From positions 1 through 64,000 of the IMG/VR virus record IMGVR_UViG_3300037502_002304: DNA of 64,000 bases; one strand, written 5' to 3'. This stretch comes from a virus. Below, in pieces: positions 1-9,357 of this stretch. Position 1 is the first letter of the stretch, and every line of letters starts with the position of its first letter. The position numbers and the translations under genes are program-made. The notes under the pieces were generated by a model. It was given only the letters and a program-made list of their open reading frames with translations, made no database searches and was not told the origin of the DNA.

Positions 1-1
1 C

Positions 2-292
2 GCTCCAAATGGGAAAATCTATGGAATCCCACGTGATTCAACTCAAGTATTAGAGATAGACCCCAACACACAGACAACCACGTTGTTTGGTTCTTTAAGT
101 GGGACTAATAAGTGGATTGGCGGTGTGTTAGCACCAAATGGAAAGATTTATGGGATTCCGTTCAATCAAACTCAAGTATTAGAGATTGACAAATCCACCA
201 TAACAAAACAACCAGTCATAGATAATTTAATCCCAGATGACTTATCAACACTGCCAACATCGAATTACAATAAGTATCACAATAAATTTTAA
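2..292 (+). CDS. 3' end of a repeat-containing (beta-propeller-like) tail/fibre protein; 5' truncated by the window edge
   Basis: The frame is open from nt 2: APNGKIYGIPRDSTQVLEIDP...GGVLAPNGKIYGIPFNQTQVLEID, a repeat with a 43-aa period. The track ORF start at 83 is internal. Confidence 0.6.
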   Translation, partial: APNGKIYGIPRDSTQVLEIDPNTQTTTLFGSLSGTNKWIGGVLAPNGKIYGIPFNQTQVLEIDKSTITKQPVIDNLIPDDLSTLPTSNYNKYHNKF

Positions 293-295
293 CGC

Positions 296-613
296 ATGCA
301 ATACATAGAATTAACACAAGACGATATAAATTACATAAATAATAGAGCTGTAATATGTTATTATAACAATAGCTTTGTATTATACGAACCTATCCCAGAA
401 GCTCTACAAGATTACTTTGCGGATAGAGAGAGAAAAGAGGTAAAAGAAGTTGACACAACAATAAAATCAGTGCGGTATGATTGGGATAATAACAAAGCTT
501 ATATATTAATAGCAGATGAAGATTATCCAGATGAAATTGAATTCGACTGCACTACCGACTGGACAACGCAGGATTGCCAAAATGCTATTAACTCAAAATT
601 TAATAAATTATAA
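296..613 (+). CDS. hypothetical protein next to the tail/fibre gene; paralog of 30363..30689
   Basis: 105-aa ORF 3 nt after the repeat protein. Gapless hand alignment gives about 52/105 identities with 30363..30689. Confidence 0.75.
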   Translation: MQYIELTQDDINYINNRAVICYYNNSFVLYEPIPEALQDYFADRERKEVKEVDTTIKSVRYDWDNNKAYILIADEDYPDEIEFDCTTDWTTQDCQNAINSKFNKL

Positions 614-624
614 ACGTTACAGGC

Positions 625-744
625 ATGATTCTACTACTAACAATTAAACTTTTAACCGTGCTTGCCATATACGGCAAAGCCTATAATGATGCGAAAGGAA
701 CTAACACACCATTAGAGAACATAATTCAAATGGAGTTGAATTAG
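625..744 (+). CDS. short hydrophobic ORF (39 aa), possibly a truncated relic
   Basis: MILLLTIKLLTVLAIYGKAYNDAKGTNTPLENIIQMELN*, translated by hand; starts 11 nt after the previous stop. Confidence 0.3.
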   Translation: MILLLTIKLLTVLAIYGKAYNDAKGTNTPLENIIQMELN

Positions 745-781
745 TTGACAAAAAACCAGAAATAGAAATTCTATAAATATA

Positions 782-813
782 ATTGTAAAAACAATAAAAA
801 AATCTTATATTTG
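782..813 (+). promoter_or_regulatory. Bacteroidetes-type sigma70 promoter
   Basis: ATTG(782-785)-N20-TATATTTG(806-813); the consensus is TTTG-N19-21-TAnnTTTG. Confidence 0.55.
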
Positions 814-840
814 TCCGATATATAATAATATCGGATTTTT

Positions 841-1028
841 ATAACAGTAATAAATTGTATAAAATATGGTCAAAAAGATAAATTTTTATTAAAATTTCAA
901 TATGAACCAACACTTATTGAACAGATAAAGAGATATCTAAGGATGGTAAAGAATATGATCTAGATAATAAACTTTGGATATTGAAGACATATGCTTTGTA
1001 TAAATTAATGAAATTAAAGGGTTACTAA
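841..1028 (+). pseudogene. frameshifted gene fragment resembling the N-terminal (HARP-like) part of phage SNF2-type helicases
   Basis: ITVINCIKYGQKDKFLLKFQYEPTLIEQIK, then a -1 shift near 930, then EISKDGKEYDLDNKLWILKTYALYKLMKLKGY*. No start codon. The F-x-Y...IK...YD...K-x-W pattern was recognised by eye. Confidence 0.35.
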
Positions 1029-1029
1029 T

Positions 1030-1338
1030 ATGAAAGAATTTATAAGTAGTTTTCCAAATCTAGTGGCTGGAGTAATCACTATTCTAGCCACAGGGTTATC
1101 AAGCATTTTGATATATTACGTTAGAGAAAATATATCAGTTATTAAAAAATTAGACTCTACAGTAAGTAGTATATTAGCTAGATTTGCTGCACATGAAATG
1201 AAGACTGATGCTCTTACTAAAGATGTTGCCAAATTAGAGCAAAGAGTTGATACTCATGATTCTGATTTAAAAAATCTTAAAATTGATGTTGTAGAATTAA
1301 AAAGTAAAATAGAGATTCATGATAAGTCACAACGTTAA
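1030..1338 (+). CDS. membrane protein with one N-terminal TM helix and a coiled coil (holin/lysis-associated candidate)
   Basis: Hydrophobic LVAGVITILATGLSSILIYYV followed by a heptad-rich tail. Confidence 0.5.
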   Translation: MKEFISSFPNLVAGVITILATGLSSILIYYVRENISVIKKLDSTVSSILARFAAHEMKTDALTKDVAKLEQRVDTHDSDLKNLKIDVVELKSKIEIHDKSQR

Positions 1339-1849
1339 ACAAGGAACATTAGGTAATTCTATTATAGTATACGATACTACTACATTAGATGAATACTCTG
1401 ATTTGGGTATAGATATTAATAATGATATAGTATCTATTACTTTTAGAATTACCATTAATGATGTAGAATATTCTAAAGATATAACTACAGAGTTATCTTC
1501 TTTAAGAGATGGTAATGGGTTAGTTATAGATTCTTTAGAATTGACAGGTGTTAGCAGTATTGGAGATGGAGTATACGACACAGTTCTAGAAATAGTAGAA
1601 AATTCTACTGGTTCTGATGTAACATATACTTCAGAAAAAACGGTGGTGTTCTATGAACTAATTAAATATAAGATACTTTCTAAGCTTAAAGATACAGATT
1701 GGAAAGAATTCTTTGGATGTTATACTGATAGACTAAGAACACCATTAAGGTATTATAATTGGTTACTGAATTTGGAATATACTTCTGAATTAGGTCTTTA
1801 CGATGATGCGGAACAAATTTTAACTTCATTACAGGAAATATGTCAGTAA
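1319..1849 (+). CDS. putative virion structural protein
   Basis: 176-aa ORF in the late module, overlapping its neighbours; beta-rich N-terminal half and helical C-terminal half. Confidence 0.45.
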   Translation: MISHNVKQGTLGNSIIVYDTTTLDEYSDLGIDINNDIVSITFRITINDVEYSKDITTELSSLRDGNGLVIDSLELTGVSSIGDGVYDTVLEIVENSTGSDVTYTSEKTVVFYELIKYKILSKLKDTDWKEFFGCYTDRLRTPLRYYNWLLNLEYTSELGLYDDAEQILTSLQEICQ

Positions 1850-2145
1850 CAAAAAGTGATTTAGAAGATATTATAAGTAAGCTAAAGAAGCATTCTGCTA
1901 AAGATAATGTAGTAGAAATTACTTTCTGGAAAGCCTATAATGTATCTGAAGCTTATAATAGCTTCTGGGCTAGACAGTATTTGGACTTATATATCTATAT
2001 GTTAGAAGCTATCCTTAATTTATATGATGGTGATGACCTAAGTAGTAATCCTTATTTTAAGGATGAAGATGTAGATAATATTTTTAGTAAATCAAAAGAA
2101 TTGTTGTTTTATTTAACTAAATTGCCTTATGAATTTCTCTCTTAA
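1840..2145 (+). CDS. hypothetical protein (late module)
   Basis: 101-aa ORF overlapping both neighbours. Confidence 0.55.
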   Translation: MSVTKSDLEDIISKLKKHSAKDNVVEITFWKAYNVSEAYNSFWARQYLDLYIYMLEAILNLYDGDDLSSNPYFKDEDVDNIFSKSKELLFYLTKLPYEFLS

Positions 2146-2323
2146 CTTTACAGCAAGTAAATTATTATCATTTATTATAGCTATATGTAGTGCTGCTTAT
2201 GGTTTTATCTTTAAAGATGGTGATAACATGGTAATAGGTTTTGGTATAGCAGCTAGTTTGTATGCTAATAAACAGTATCAAGATCGTAAGAAAACTTTAA
2301 ATATTGATGGCAATGAAAAGTAA
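2129..2323 (+). CDS. small two-TM protein, holin candidate
   Basis: Two hydrophobic segments (LLSFIIAICSAAYGFIF; MVIGFGIAASLYA) and a charged C-terminus. Confidence 0.5.
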   Translation: MNFSLNFTASKLLSFIIAICSAAYGFIFKDGDNMVIGFGIAASLYANKQYQDRKKTLNIDGNEK

Positions 2324-2876
2324 AATTATAATGTGGGTAGTAGTAGCTTTTGTAGTGCTACTAAGTATAGTAACTTTGCAATTCTCCATGATTAGTAAAG
2401 CTTACGATAAGATAGATAGATTATCTGGTAACTTTACTGAATTAATGCAGGAGAACAAGCAATTAAGGTTTACTGTAGAAGAATTTGAAGAGTATTCTAC
2501 TAATAGAATGGATTCTATATTAAAAGTGGCTAATGTTAAACCTAAATGGGTTAAAGAATATACAGTTATAAATCATAATTATTATGATACTACTATTGTA
2601 GAAGTTCCAGTAGAAAAAGTAGATACTTTTACTTATTCTTTCTTAGACAGCAGAGATTGTTTTACTGTGGGAGGAACTGTAAGTATAAAAGATACAGTTC
2701 CCATTATAAGTATAGATTATAGAGAATTTTCAGATACTTTAAATATTATTAAGTATCTATATCCAAAAAAATTTCTGTTCTTTAGAAGTTACTTATTCGG
2801 TAAAACTGAGGGACTAGAAATAGTTGGTAATTGTGGTACTTACAATTATGAACACATACAAATAGTTAAAAATTAA
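2304..2876 (+). CDS. spanin-like (Rz-like) membrane-anchored protein
   Basis: N-terminal TM helix, coiled coil, KKFLFF motif and Cys near the C-terminus; adjacent to the holin candidate. Confidence 0.45.
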   Translation: MMAMKSKIIMWVVVAFVVLLSIVTLQFSMISKAYDKIDRLSGNFTELMQENKQLRFTVEEFEEYSTNRMDSILKVANVKPKWVKEYTVINHNYYDTTIVEVPVEKVDTFTYSFLDSRDCFTVGGTVSIKDTVPIISIDYREFSDTLNIIKYLYPKKFLFFRSYLFGKTEGLEIVGNCGTYNYEHIQIVKN

Positions 2877-2882
2877 TAAATA

Positions 2883-2914
2883 TTTGTAATCCTCATAAAT
2901 TATTTGTAAATTTG
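2883..2914 (+). promoter_or_regulatory. Bacteroidetes-type sigma70 promoter
   Basis: TTTG(2883-2886)-N20-TAAATTTG(2907-2914), an exact consensus match 16 nt before the ATG at 2931. Confidence 0.7.
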
Positions 2915-2930
2915 AAAAAATTTTATATAG

Positions 2931-3569
2931 ATGACCTTACAAGAAATATCATATTCTGTTCTGGAACTATTAAGACAGGGACATATAGTAGATGATGAAA
3001 GATTAGATATAAGGCTTATAGAAGACTTTGTTGTTACTAAAAGAGCTGAATATCTAAGAGATTCCTTAGATAAAGGAGTAATAGTATCAGAAAATTCTAA
3101 GCAGTTCCTAAATTTTGCTGTAGAATCATTTGATGATGGTAACTCTACTATATTAAAAACTGTTGATACTGTTCCTACCTTTTTAAATACTCGCAGTGGT
3201 TTAAAAATTACTGATATTACTGGTACTGATACTACTTCCTACATGTTTTCATATGTAAATTATAATCATTTTAAATTTGTAGGAAATGGTAGATATAATC
3301 AGAGTATAATCTTTGTAACATATAAAGATGGTTATTTATACTTAAAGAGCCAGAATAATGACTTTAAATTACTAGATGAGATAAATGTATCAGGTATATT
3401 AGAAGACCCAAGAAAAGCCCCTGACTTCTCATCTACTGAAGATGATTTCCCTATTGACTATGATGGAATAGAGTATATTAAAAATTCTATAGTTAGAGGA
3501 GATTTTAGAATGTTCCTTGCTGGTGTAGAAGATGAAGTATCCGATTCTAGTGGACAGATATTAACTTAA
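2931..3569 (+). CDS. crAss-like tail ring/adaptor structural protein
   Basis: MTLQEI...DD.RLD..I start and ..GILEDP...DDFPID end, typical of crAss-like ring proteins; lies before the tail genes. Confidence 0.55.
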   Translation: MTLQEISYSVLELLRQGHIVDDERLDIRLIEDFVVTKRAEYLRDSLDKGVIVSENSKQFLNFAVESFDDGNSTILKTVDTVPTFLNTRSGLKITDITGTDTTSYMFSYVNYNHFKFVGNGRYNQSIIFVTYKDGYLYLKSQNNDFKLLDEINVSGILEDPRKAPDFSSTEDDFPIDYDGIEYIKNSIVRGDFRMFLAGVEDEVSDSSGQILT

Positions 3570-3580
3570 AATAATTTATA

Positions 3581-4126
3581 ATGGAGCGTAAGAGAAAGGT
3601 AACAGCAGGACTATATGATGCTTTCAAATTTTATAAGAATAAGGCAGGTAGGAACAAGGTGGACGTAGTACTGTATTCAAAAGTTTGTCAAGAATTTAAT
3701 AAACGAATATCTGATAAAATCATTAGAAAATCTTTTGAATTTAAACTACCATATAGATTAGGATTTTTAAGAATTAAAGCTATTAAACAGAAGGTAGTTA
3801 TTAAAGATGGCAAGATTGATACTGCTAGAATGCCTATAGATTGGCCTTCTACTAGGAAATATTGGGAAGAACTTTATCCAGATAAGACATGGGAAGAGAT
3901 TAAAAAGATTCCTAATAAGAAACTTATCATTCATACTAATGAACATACAGATGGGTATTTACTTAAATGGTACTGGGATAGGAGGCAAAGTAATGTAAAG
4001 AATCAAACAGCTTATGTATTTAGGGCTGTAAAAGGAGGTAAGAGTGAAGATGGGTATTATTATGGAAGAAGAGGGTTGTCTAAATGGGCTTCTTCTTATG
4101 AACGAGATAACTATTATTATGAATAA
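3581..4126 (+). CDS. crAss-like IHF/HU-related basic protein
   Basis: Highly basic; FKLPYRLGFLRI and IDWPST...HTNEHTDGY motifs; conserved position among crAss-like tail genes. Confidence 0.5.
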   Translation: MERKRKVTAGLYDAFKFYKNKAGRNKVDVVLYSKVCQEFNKRISDKIIRKSFEFKLPYRLGFLRIKAIKQKVVIKDGKIDTARMPIDWPSTRKYWEELYPDKTWEEIKKIPNKKLIIHTNEHTDGYLLKWYWDRRQSNVKNQTAYVFRAVKGGKSEDGYYYGRRGLSKWASSYERDNYYYE

Positions 4127-4144
4127 TTTTAAAACTATATAGTC

Positions 4145-4408
4145 ATGAAAGACATGATGGAACATAAAGAGTATAAAAGATGGAGTAAATCTACTGAAGA
4201 AAATGGTTATTGTAAGAAAATTAAGGTAGAGGAATTAGAGAATGGATTTTTAGTTTGTTTAGAAGAATACGGAGAAAAAGGTGGTAAATACATTGATAGG
4301 ATGAAGAAATTCTATTCTACTACTAATCCATTGGATGGAATGACTCCTGAAAATGTTTCAGGTGAAGAAGAACTTAAGAAGGCTATTAAAAACTTTTTAA
4401 ACGAATAA
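4145..4408 (+). CDS. hypothetical protein
   Basis: 87-aa ORF within the operon. Confidence 0.55.
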   Translation: MKDMMEHKEYKRWSKSTEENGYCKKIKVEELENGFLVCLEEYGEKGGKYIDRMKKFYSTTNPLDGMTPENVSGEEELKKAIKNFLNE

Positions 4409-4409
4409 T

Positions 4410-5294
4410 ATGGCTTATAATGGTAGATATATTAGTATACAAAGAGTTGTAGAGGATGTATTTAGGGATGCTGGGTTTGACACAGTAGACTGGGAAAGTG
4501 CTGTAGCATGGACTGCTCAGTTGATGGGTTTAATAGGCATCCCTGGGCAATATATTACATTAAATACTAATGGAAAGGGTGATAATTTACCTCCTATAGA
4601 AATAAAGGATTACAGAGGTAAGTTACCCTCTACAATGGTTAATCTTATATCATGTAGAAGGTTAATAATATCTCCTGATAATAAGATAGTACATTACTAC
4701 GAAATGGTAGACTCTACAGATGTATATCATTTTACTCCTGAAGATAAAAAACCTCTACCAAATTCTCCTGTTTCAGGAATAGCTAACGTAGTAGAGTTTG
4801 AGTTAGATGAAGATGATGATTTATCTATAGAGCATAAAACACATTCTTATTCTCCTGAAAAACGTGAAGATAGAGTTTTTACTTATAAAATACAAGGAGA
4901 TTATATATTTACTAATTTTGAGGAAGGATACGTAGAAATAGCTTATAAAAGCTATCCTATAGATAAGAATGGATTTCCAATGATTCCAGATGATGAAAAA
5001 TATATAGCTGCTTTACAACATTATATTATTTATAAATTAGACTGGAAGAAATGGAGGTCTAACCCAGCTAGTCCAGGGCTTAGAGCTCTTGTAAATGATA
5101 GTGAACAAAAAGCTGACTGGTATATAGCAGCAGCTAAAACTAAATATCATATACCTACTCCTGATAAAATGGAAGCTCTTAAAAGAATGTGGCTTAGGAG
5201 TATTCCTAAACCAAATGAGCATAATACTGGTTTTAAAACTCTTAATAATCAGGAAAGGAGATTTAATCAATATTTAGGTAATAAAAGGTTATAA
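4410..5294 (+). CDS. tail tubular/ring protein (P22 gp4-like, crAss-type)
   Basis: YKIQGDYIFTNFEEGYVEIAYK..P.D..GFPMIPDDE motif; immediately upstream of the large stabilisation protein. Confidence 0.65.
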   Translation: MAYNGRYISIQRVVEDVFRDAGFDTVDWESAVAWTAQLMGLIGIPGQYITLNTNGKGDNLPPIEIKDYRGKLPSTMVNLISCRRLIISPDNKIVHYYEMVDSTDVYHFTPEDKKPLPNSPVSGIANVVEFELDEDDDLSIEHKTHSYSPEKREDRVFTYKIQGDYIFTNFEEGYVEIAYKSYPIDKNGFPMIPDDEKYIAALQHYIIYKLDWKKWRSNPASPGLRALVNDSEQKADWYIAAAKTKYHIPTPDKMEALKRMWLRSIPKPNEHNTGFKTLNNQERRFNQYLGNKRL

Positions 5295-5297
5295 TAT

Positions 5298-8200
5298 ATG
5301 GCTAAGCGTTTTGTAAATACTTTTAATGGTGGTATAGACAAGGATACATCAGTAAACAAATATGATAATCAGCACTACTATGATGCAGAAAATATTAGAA
5401 TAATTTCTAATGATACATTTTCAAGTGGTGCTGTTACTAATATGAACGGTCTATATGAAAGTTTAAGATTTGAGACTGCTAATTATACTAACGAAAATTT
5501 ACCTGGTAGCTTTTCTTTAAGTAGAGGAACTATCTATGGAATTGCTACTATTAGGGATAGAGTAGTATTTTTAGGAACTTTTTCTGCACAAGCCTATAGT
5601 CCATATCTAGAAGATACTACTACCGTTTTAGATGTAGATATGATCTTATCTACTACAGTAGATGAAGATGGTAATTTTGGCAGTGTAACTATACATTATG
5701 CTTATAAAGATGATGAAGACGGGATAGGACTTCATTTTAATAGGGACATGGCTGTAGTAGGTAGATATGAATCTGAAGATATACAAAAAGTATATTGGGT
5801 AAATGGAATAGACCCATTAAGATTTTATAATCTATCAGAAGACAACATAAATATTAATTATTTATTAGATGCTCTGGATTTAGAACAAGGTTTAACTATT
5901 AAATACCCTTCGTCTTTAGATCATGTTCCTGATGTTAATTTTAGTAGAATAAATATAGATGATATTTTAGAGGGAGGTAACTATACTGCAGGGGTAGTAC
6001 AATATGCTTATCAATTATATAATAAAAATGGTAATGTTAGTACTATATCTCCTGTTACTAATCCTGTATATTTAGCTTCTTCTAATAGATATGAAATTGG
6101 AGGTAATGATATAGGAGAAGAAGTAAGTAAATCTGTTAAAATATCTATAGAAGATATAGATGATAGATTTAATAGAATTAAAGTATTTGCTTTATTTAGT
6201 GATACTATTGATGGTAATCCTACAGTAAACGTTATCTATGAGGGAGAAAATAAAGGTAGTTTAGACTTAATAGATACTAACACTCCTGTAGATACTCTTA
6301 CTTATGAAGAATTTTTAGTATTTAATAATACTACTTATATACCTAATTCTATAGAATCTAAAAATAACATTTTATTCTTGGGTAATGTAAAAGAAGCTAC
6401 TTTCCAATCAGAAGCTATAGATAATTGGGATAGTAGGGCTTACATGTTCCCTGAAAATAGTGATAGTACACATATAAAAATATATAGAAGCCCTACAGGG
6501 GACTTTTACAATGATTATTTAGAGTATAATACTAGTAATTGGGATCAAATACCAATGGATGCAGAAGCTGTGGTATTAGGAGTCCCTGGGTATAGTTCTA
6601 AAAATTTAACAGCAGCTGATCTAACAGATTATCCATTATATAGAAGATTTAAACCCAATTCTAGCATATGTGGGGGTGAAGGTCCTAATATAGAATTTGA
6701 ATATGTTCTTACTGAGAATGTTATAGATACTTACTACAAAAGGGTATCTTCATCTCCAATAGAATACAAACCTGAAAGAACTGATAAAAATAGTAGAACT
6801 CTTTCTGGATTACAACCTAATGAAGTTTATAGGTTTGGCATAGTTTTTTATAACAAGAAAGGTCAAGCTAGTTATGTAAAATGGATTCAAGATATTAGAA
6901 TACCATATGTAGAACTTATAGATTCTGGTAAATCTACTATAGAATACGATGATGAGTCTCTTTCTTATAGAGGAAGAGAAATAATAGCTAATAATATTAA
7001 TATTAAATTTACTATAAAAAATTTTCCAGATGATGATAATATAGCAGCTTGGCAAATAGTAAGAGTTAAGCGTAATGCTCAAGACAGAGAAATCTTATAT
7101 AATGGTTTATTATTAGCTACTCATATAAGAGGAAGTGATGCTTTTACTAGGATTTATTTAGATTTTAATTCTGAAAGTGGTAAATATTATTCTGGAAAAC
7201 CCTTAGATAGAAATGATTATGATTATGCTAGTTCTGAAGATAGGCCATTAACTTGGGAATTTTTATGTCCAGAAATTAATTTTAATAAAGAAGTAGTAGA
7301 TTTATTAAATTGTAATATATTAGTGAATTATTATCAATTATATGATTCATATACTAAATCACTTAGTAGACATGACATATGTCAGTCTATATATTATAAA
7401 ACAGAACCTTGGCCTAGATACCATTCAGCTAGAGAAATTCAAAACTATGTAATAGCTAAACCTCCTACATTTACAGGAAATGGCGATTCTGGTATTGTTT
7501 ATAAATTAGGAGATTCTACTCAAGAGAAATTAATAAATACAGCTCTCCCAGAATATAGTGGGCATGGTGATAATATAGGAATAGGAGGAACTAAACTAAT
7601 AATAAGTAGTAAAGTTTTTGATTCTTTAGGGCCATCTTCTTTAAATAATAATAATTTTCCTGATAATACTGATTGGGATGAAGGTGATTATTATATTAGT
7701 AATGGTGAATATTATTATAGGACTTTATATGCTCAGATAACTAAAAACGTTATTTATTCTAGATACGGAGGCTTTACTTTTAAGGCTAGACAAAATAATG
7801 TATATATTCCATATGGAGAAATTAATAGAATAGAAGAGTCTACAGATACTACTACTAATTTCAACGGTGATACTTTTTTACAAATGTTTGATTATGTGAG
7901 AAGTCTTGCCCAAGAAGATTATCCAAAAGAATGGGGGGAGTACGATGGTTTACAAGAAATAATTAGTTTTCCTGTACATACCTCAATTAATCTTAATTTT
8001 AGAAATGATAATATATTTAAATATATTACTTTAAATCCTTCTGGAGAAACTGATGGCGATGGTAACTTAAAAGATATGTGGATCCAAGAAACGGTAGAAA
8101 CTGGAATAGCATATCAACCTATATACTATAATGAAAAAATAGGAGATTTGTATAGTTATAATTCTGTATATAGTAAACAGAATGAAGCTAAAAAGTTCTA

Positions 8201-9248
8201 TCCTAAGCCTGTTGATTTTGAAGAAAATAAATTTATAGATACTAAAGTAGTTGCTAGTGAAGAGAAAATTAATGGAGAGTACACAGATAGTTGGTTATTG
8301 TATAAAACAGCTAATTTTATAGAAGTAGAATCTAATTATGGAAGTATTACTACATTAAAACAATTCATGAATAACTTATATTGTTTTCAAGAAAATGCAG
8401 TCTCTATACTCTCTGTAAATGAACGTAGTCTTGTCCAAGATTCTTCTGGGTTACAATTAGCTTTAGGTACAGGAGGAGTACTTACTAGATATGATTATAT
8501 ATCTACTAATGCAGGACTTCAATCTCCTACTGCTATAGTTACATCTAAAAGAGCTCTCTATTTTATAGATGAATACAGTAAGGAGATATGGATAGTTCAA
8601 GGACCTAATTTGCAAGAATTAACCCGAATAAAAGGTTTTTCTAGTGAGCTTAATAGATTATTACCTAAAGAAAAAATTACGTTAGGATTTGACCCTAAAT
8701 TTAATGATATTTATTTTACTTTTGGATTTACTACTAATTGGATTTATAATGAAATTATAGGTTCTTTTATAAGTAAATTTACAGGAATAGTTCAAAATTA
8801 TTTTAATTTAAAAGGTGAATTTTATTCATTTAATTCTGTTAATACTTCATCTATCTTCAGACATAATGATCCTAATTCTAAATTAGGTAGTAAAGCTTAT
8901 ATTACTGTTCTTATCAATCCTAATGGTAATATAGTTAATCAATTTGATAATTTAGACCTTAGAACACAAGTTCTAGATGAATTAGGAGCTGAAGTAGATA
9001 GAACTGTTAGTAGGATAACTTATTCTAATAGTTATATTAGTCCTATTACTAGAGAGACTATTTTAAGTGGTACTGATAAAAACATGTCTTATTTAACTAG
9101 AATGTTTAGAACTCAAGTTCCTTTAACAAGTAGTGGTAAAAGAATGGCAGATACTTATTTATTAGTTACATTAGAATTTGATAATGAAGGTAATAATACA
9201 TTTAAGTTACATGATATAATAACTTATTATAGAGAAGCTCAGATGTAA
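5298..9248 (+). CDS. tail stabilisation/muzzle protein (P22 gp10-like, crAss-type)
   Basis: 1316 aa; NTFNGGIDKD...YYDAENIRI N-terminus, EVYRFGIVFYN, GDTF and NGEYTDSW...YGSIT motifs. Confidence 0.7.
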   Translation: MAKRFVNTFNGGIDKDTSVNKYDNQHYYDAENIRIISNDTFSSGAVTNMNGLYESLRFETANYTNENLPGSFSLSRGTIYGIATIRDRVVFLGTFSAQAYSPYLEDTTTVLDVDMILSTTVDEDGNFGSVTIHYAYKDDEDGIGLHFNRDMAVVGRYESEDIQKVYWVNGIDPLRFYNLSEDNININYLLDALDLEQGLTIKYPSSLDHVPDVNFSRINIDDILEGGNYTAGVVQYAYQLYNKNGNVSTISPVTNPVYLASSNRYEIGGNDIGEEVSKSVKISIEDIDDRFNRIKVFALFSDTIDGNPTVNVIYEGENKGSLDLIDTNTPVDTLTYEEFLVFNNTTYIPNSIESKNNILFLGNVKEATFQSEAIDNWDSRAYMFPENSDSTHIKIYRSPTGDFYNDYLEYNTSNWDQIPMDAEAVVLGVPGYSSKNLTAADLTDYPLYRRFKPNSSICGGEGPNIEFEYVLTENVIDTYYKRVSSSPIEYKPERTDKNSRTLSGLQPNEVYRFGIVFYNKKGQASYVKWIQDIRIPYVELIDSGKSTIEYDDESLSYRGREIIANNINIKFTIKNFPDDDNIAAWQIVRVKRNAQDREILYNGLLLATHIRGSDAFTRIYLDFNSESGKYYSGKPLDRNDYDYASSEDRPLTWEFLCPEINFNKEVVDLLNCNILVNYYQLYDSYTKSLSRHDICQSIYYKTEPWPRYHSAREIQNYVIAKPPTFTGNGDSGIVYKLGDSTQEKLINTALPEYSGHGDNIGIGGTKLIISSKVFDSLGPSSLNNNNFPDNTDWDEGDYYISNGEYYYRTLYAQITKNVIYSRYGGFTFKARQNNVYIPYGEINRIEESTDTTTNFNGDTFLQMFDYVRSLAQEDYPKEWGEYDGLQEIISFPVHTSINLNFRNDNIFKYITLNPSGETDGDGNLKDMWIQETVETGIAYQPIYYNEKIGDLYSYNSVYSKQNEAKKFYPKPVDFEENKFIDTKVVASEEKINGEYTDSWLLYKTANFIEVESNYGSITTLKQFMNNLYCFQENAVSILSVNERSLVQDSSGLQLALGTGGVLTRYDYISTNAGLQSPTAIVTSKRALYFIDEYSKEIWIVQGPNLQELTRIKGFSSELNRLLPKEKITLGFDPKFNDIYFTFGFTTNWIYNEIIGSFISKFTGIVQNYFNLKGEFYSFNSVNTSSIFRHNDPNSKLGSKAYITVLINPNGNIVNQFDNLDLRTQVLDELGAEVDRTVSRITYSNSYISPITRETILSGTDKNMSYLTRMFRTQVPLTSSGKRMADTYLLVTLEFDNEGNNTFKLHDIITYYREAQM

Positions 9249-9316
9249 TATTATGTAATTAATAAATTTTAATATAAAGTCAATAAGAATTTAAATTTAT
9301 TTTGTATTATAAAAAT

Positions 9317-9340
9317 AAAGCCTCTATATTTAGGGGCTTT
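9317..9340 (+). terminator. hairpin overlapping a promoter-like element
   Basis: AAAGCCTCT-ATATTT-AGGGGCTTT stem-loop; TTTG(9301-9304)-N20-TATATTTA(9325-9332) overlaps it. Confidence 0.4.
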
Positions 9341-9357
9341 AATAATATTAGATAGTT

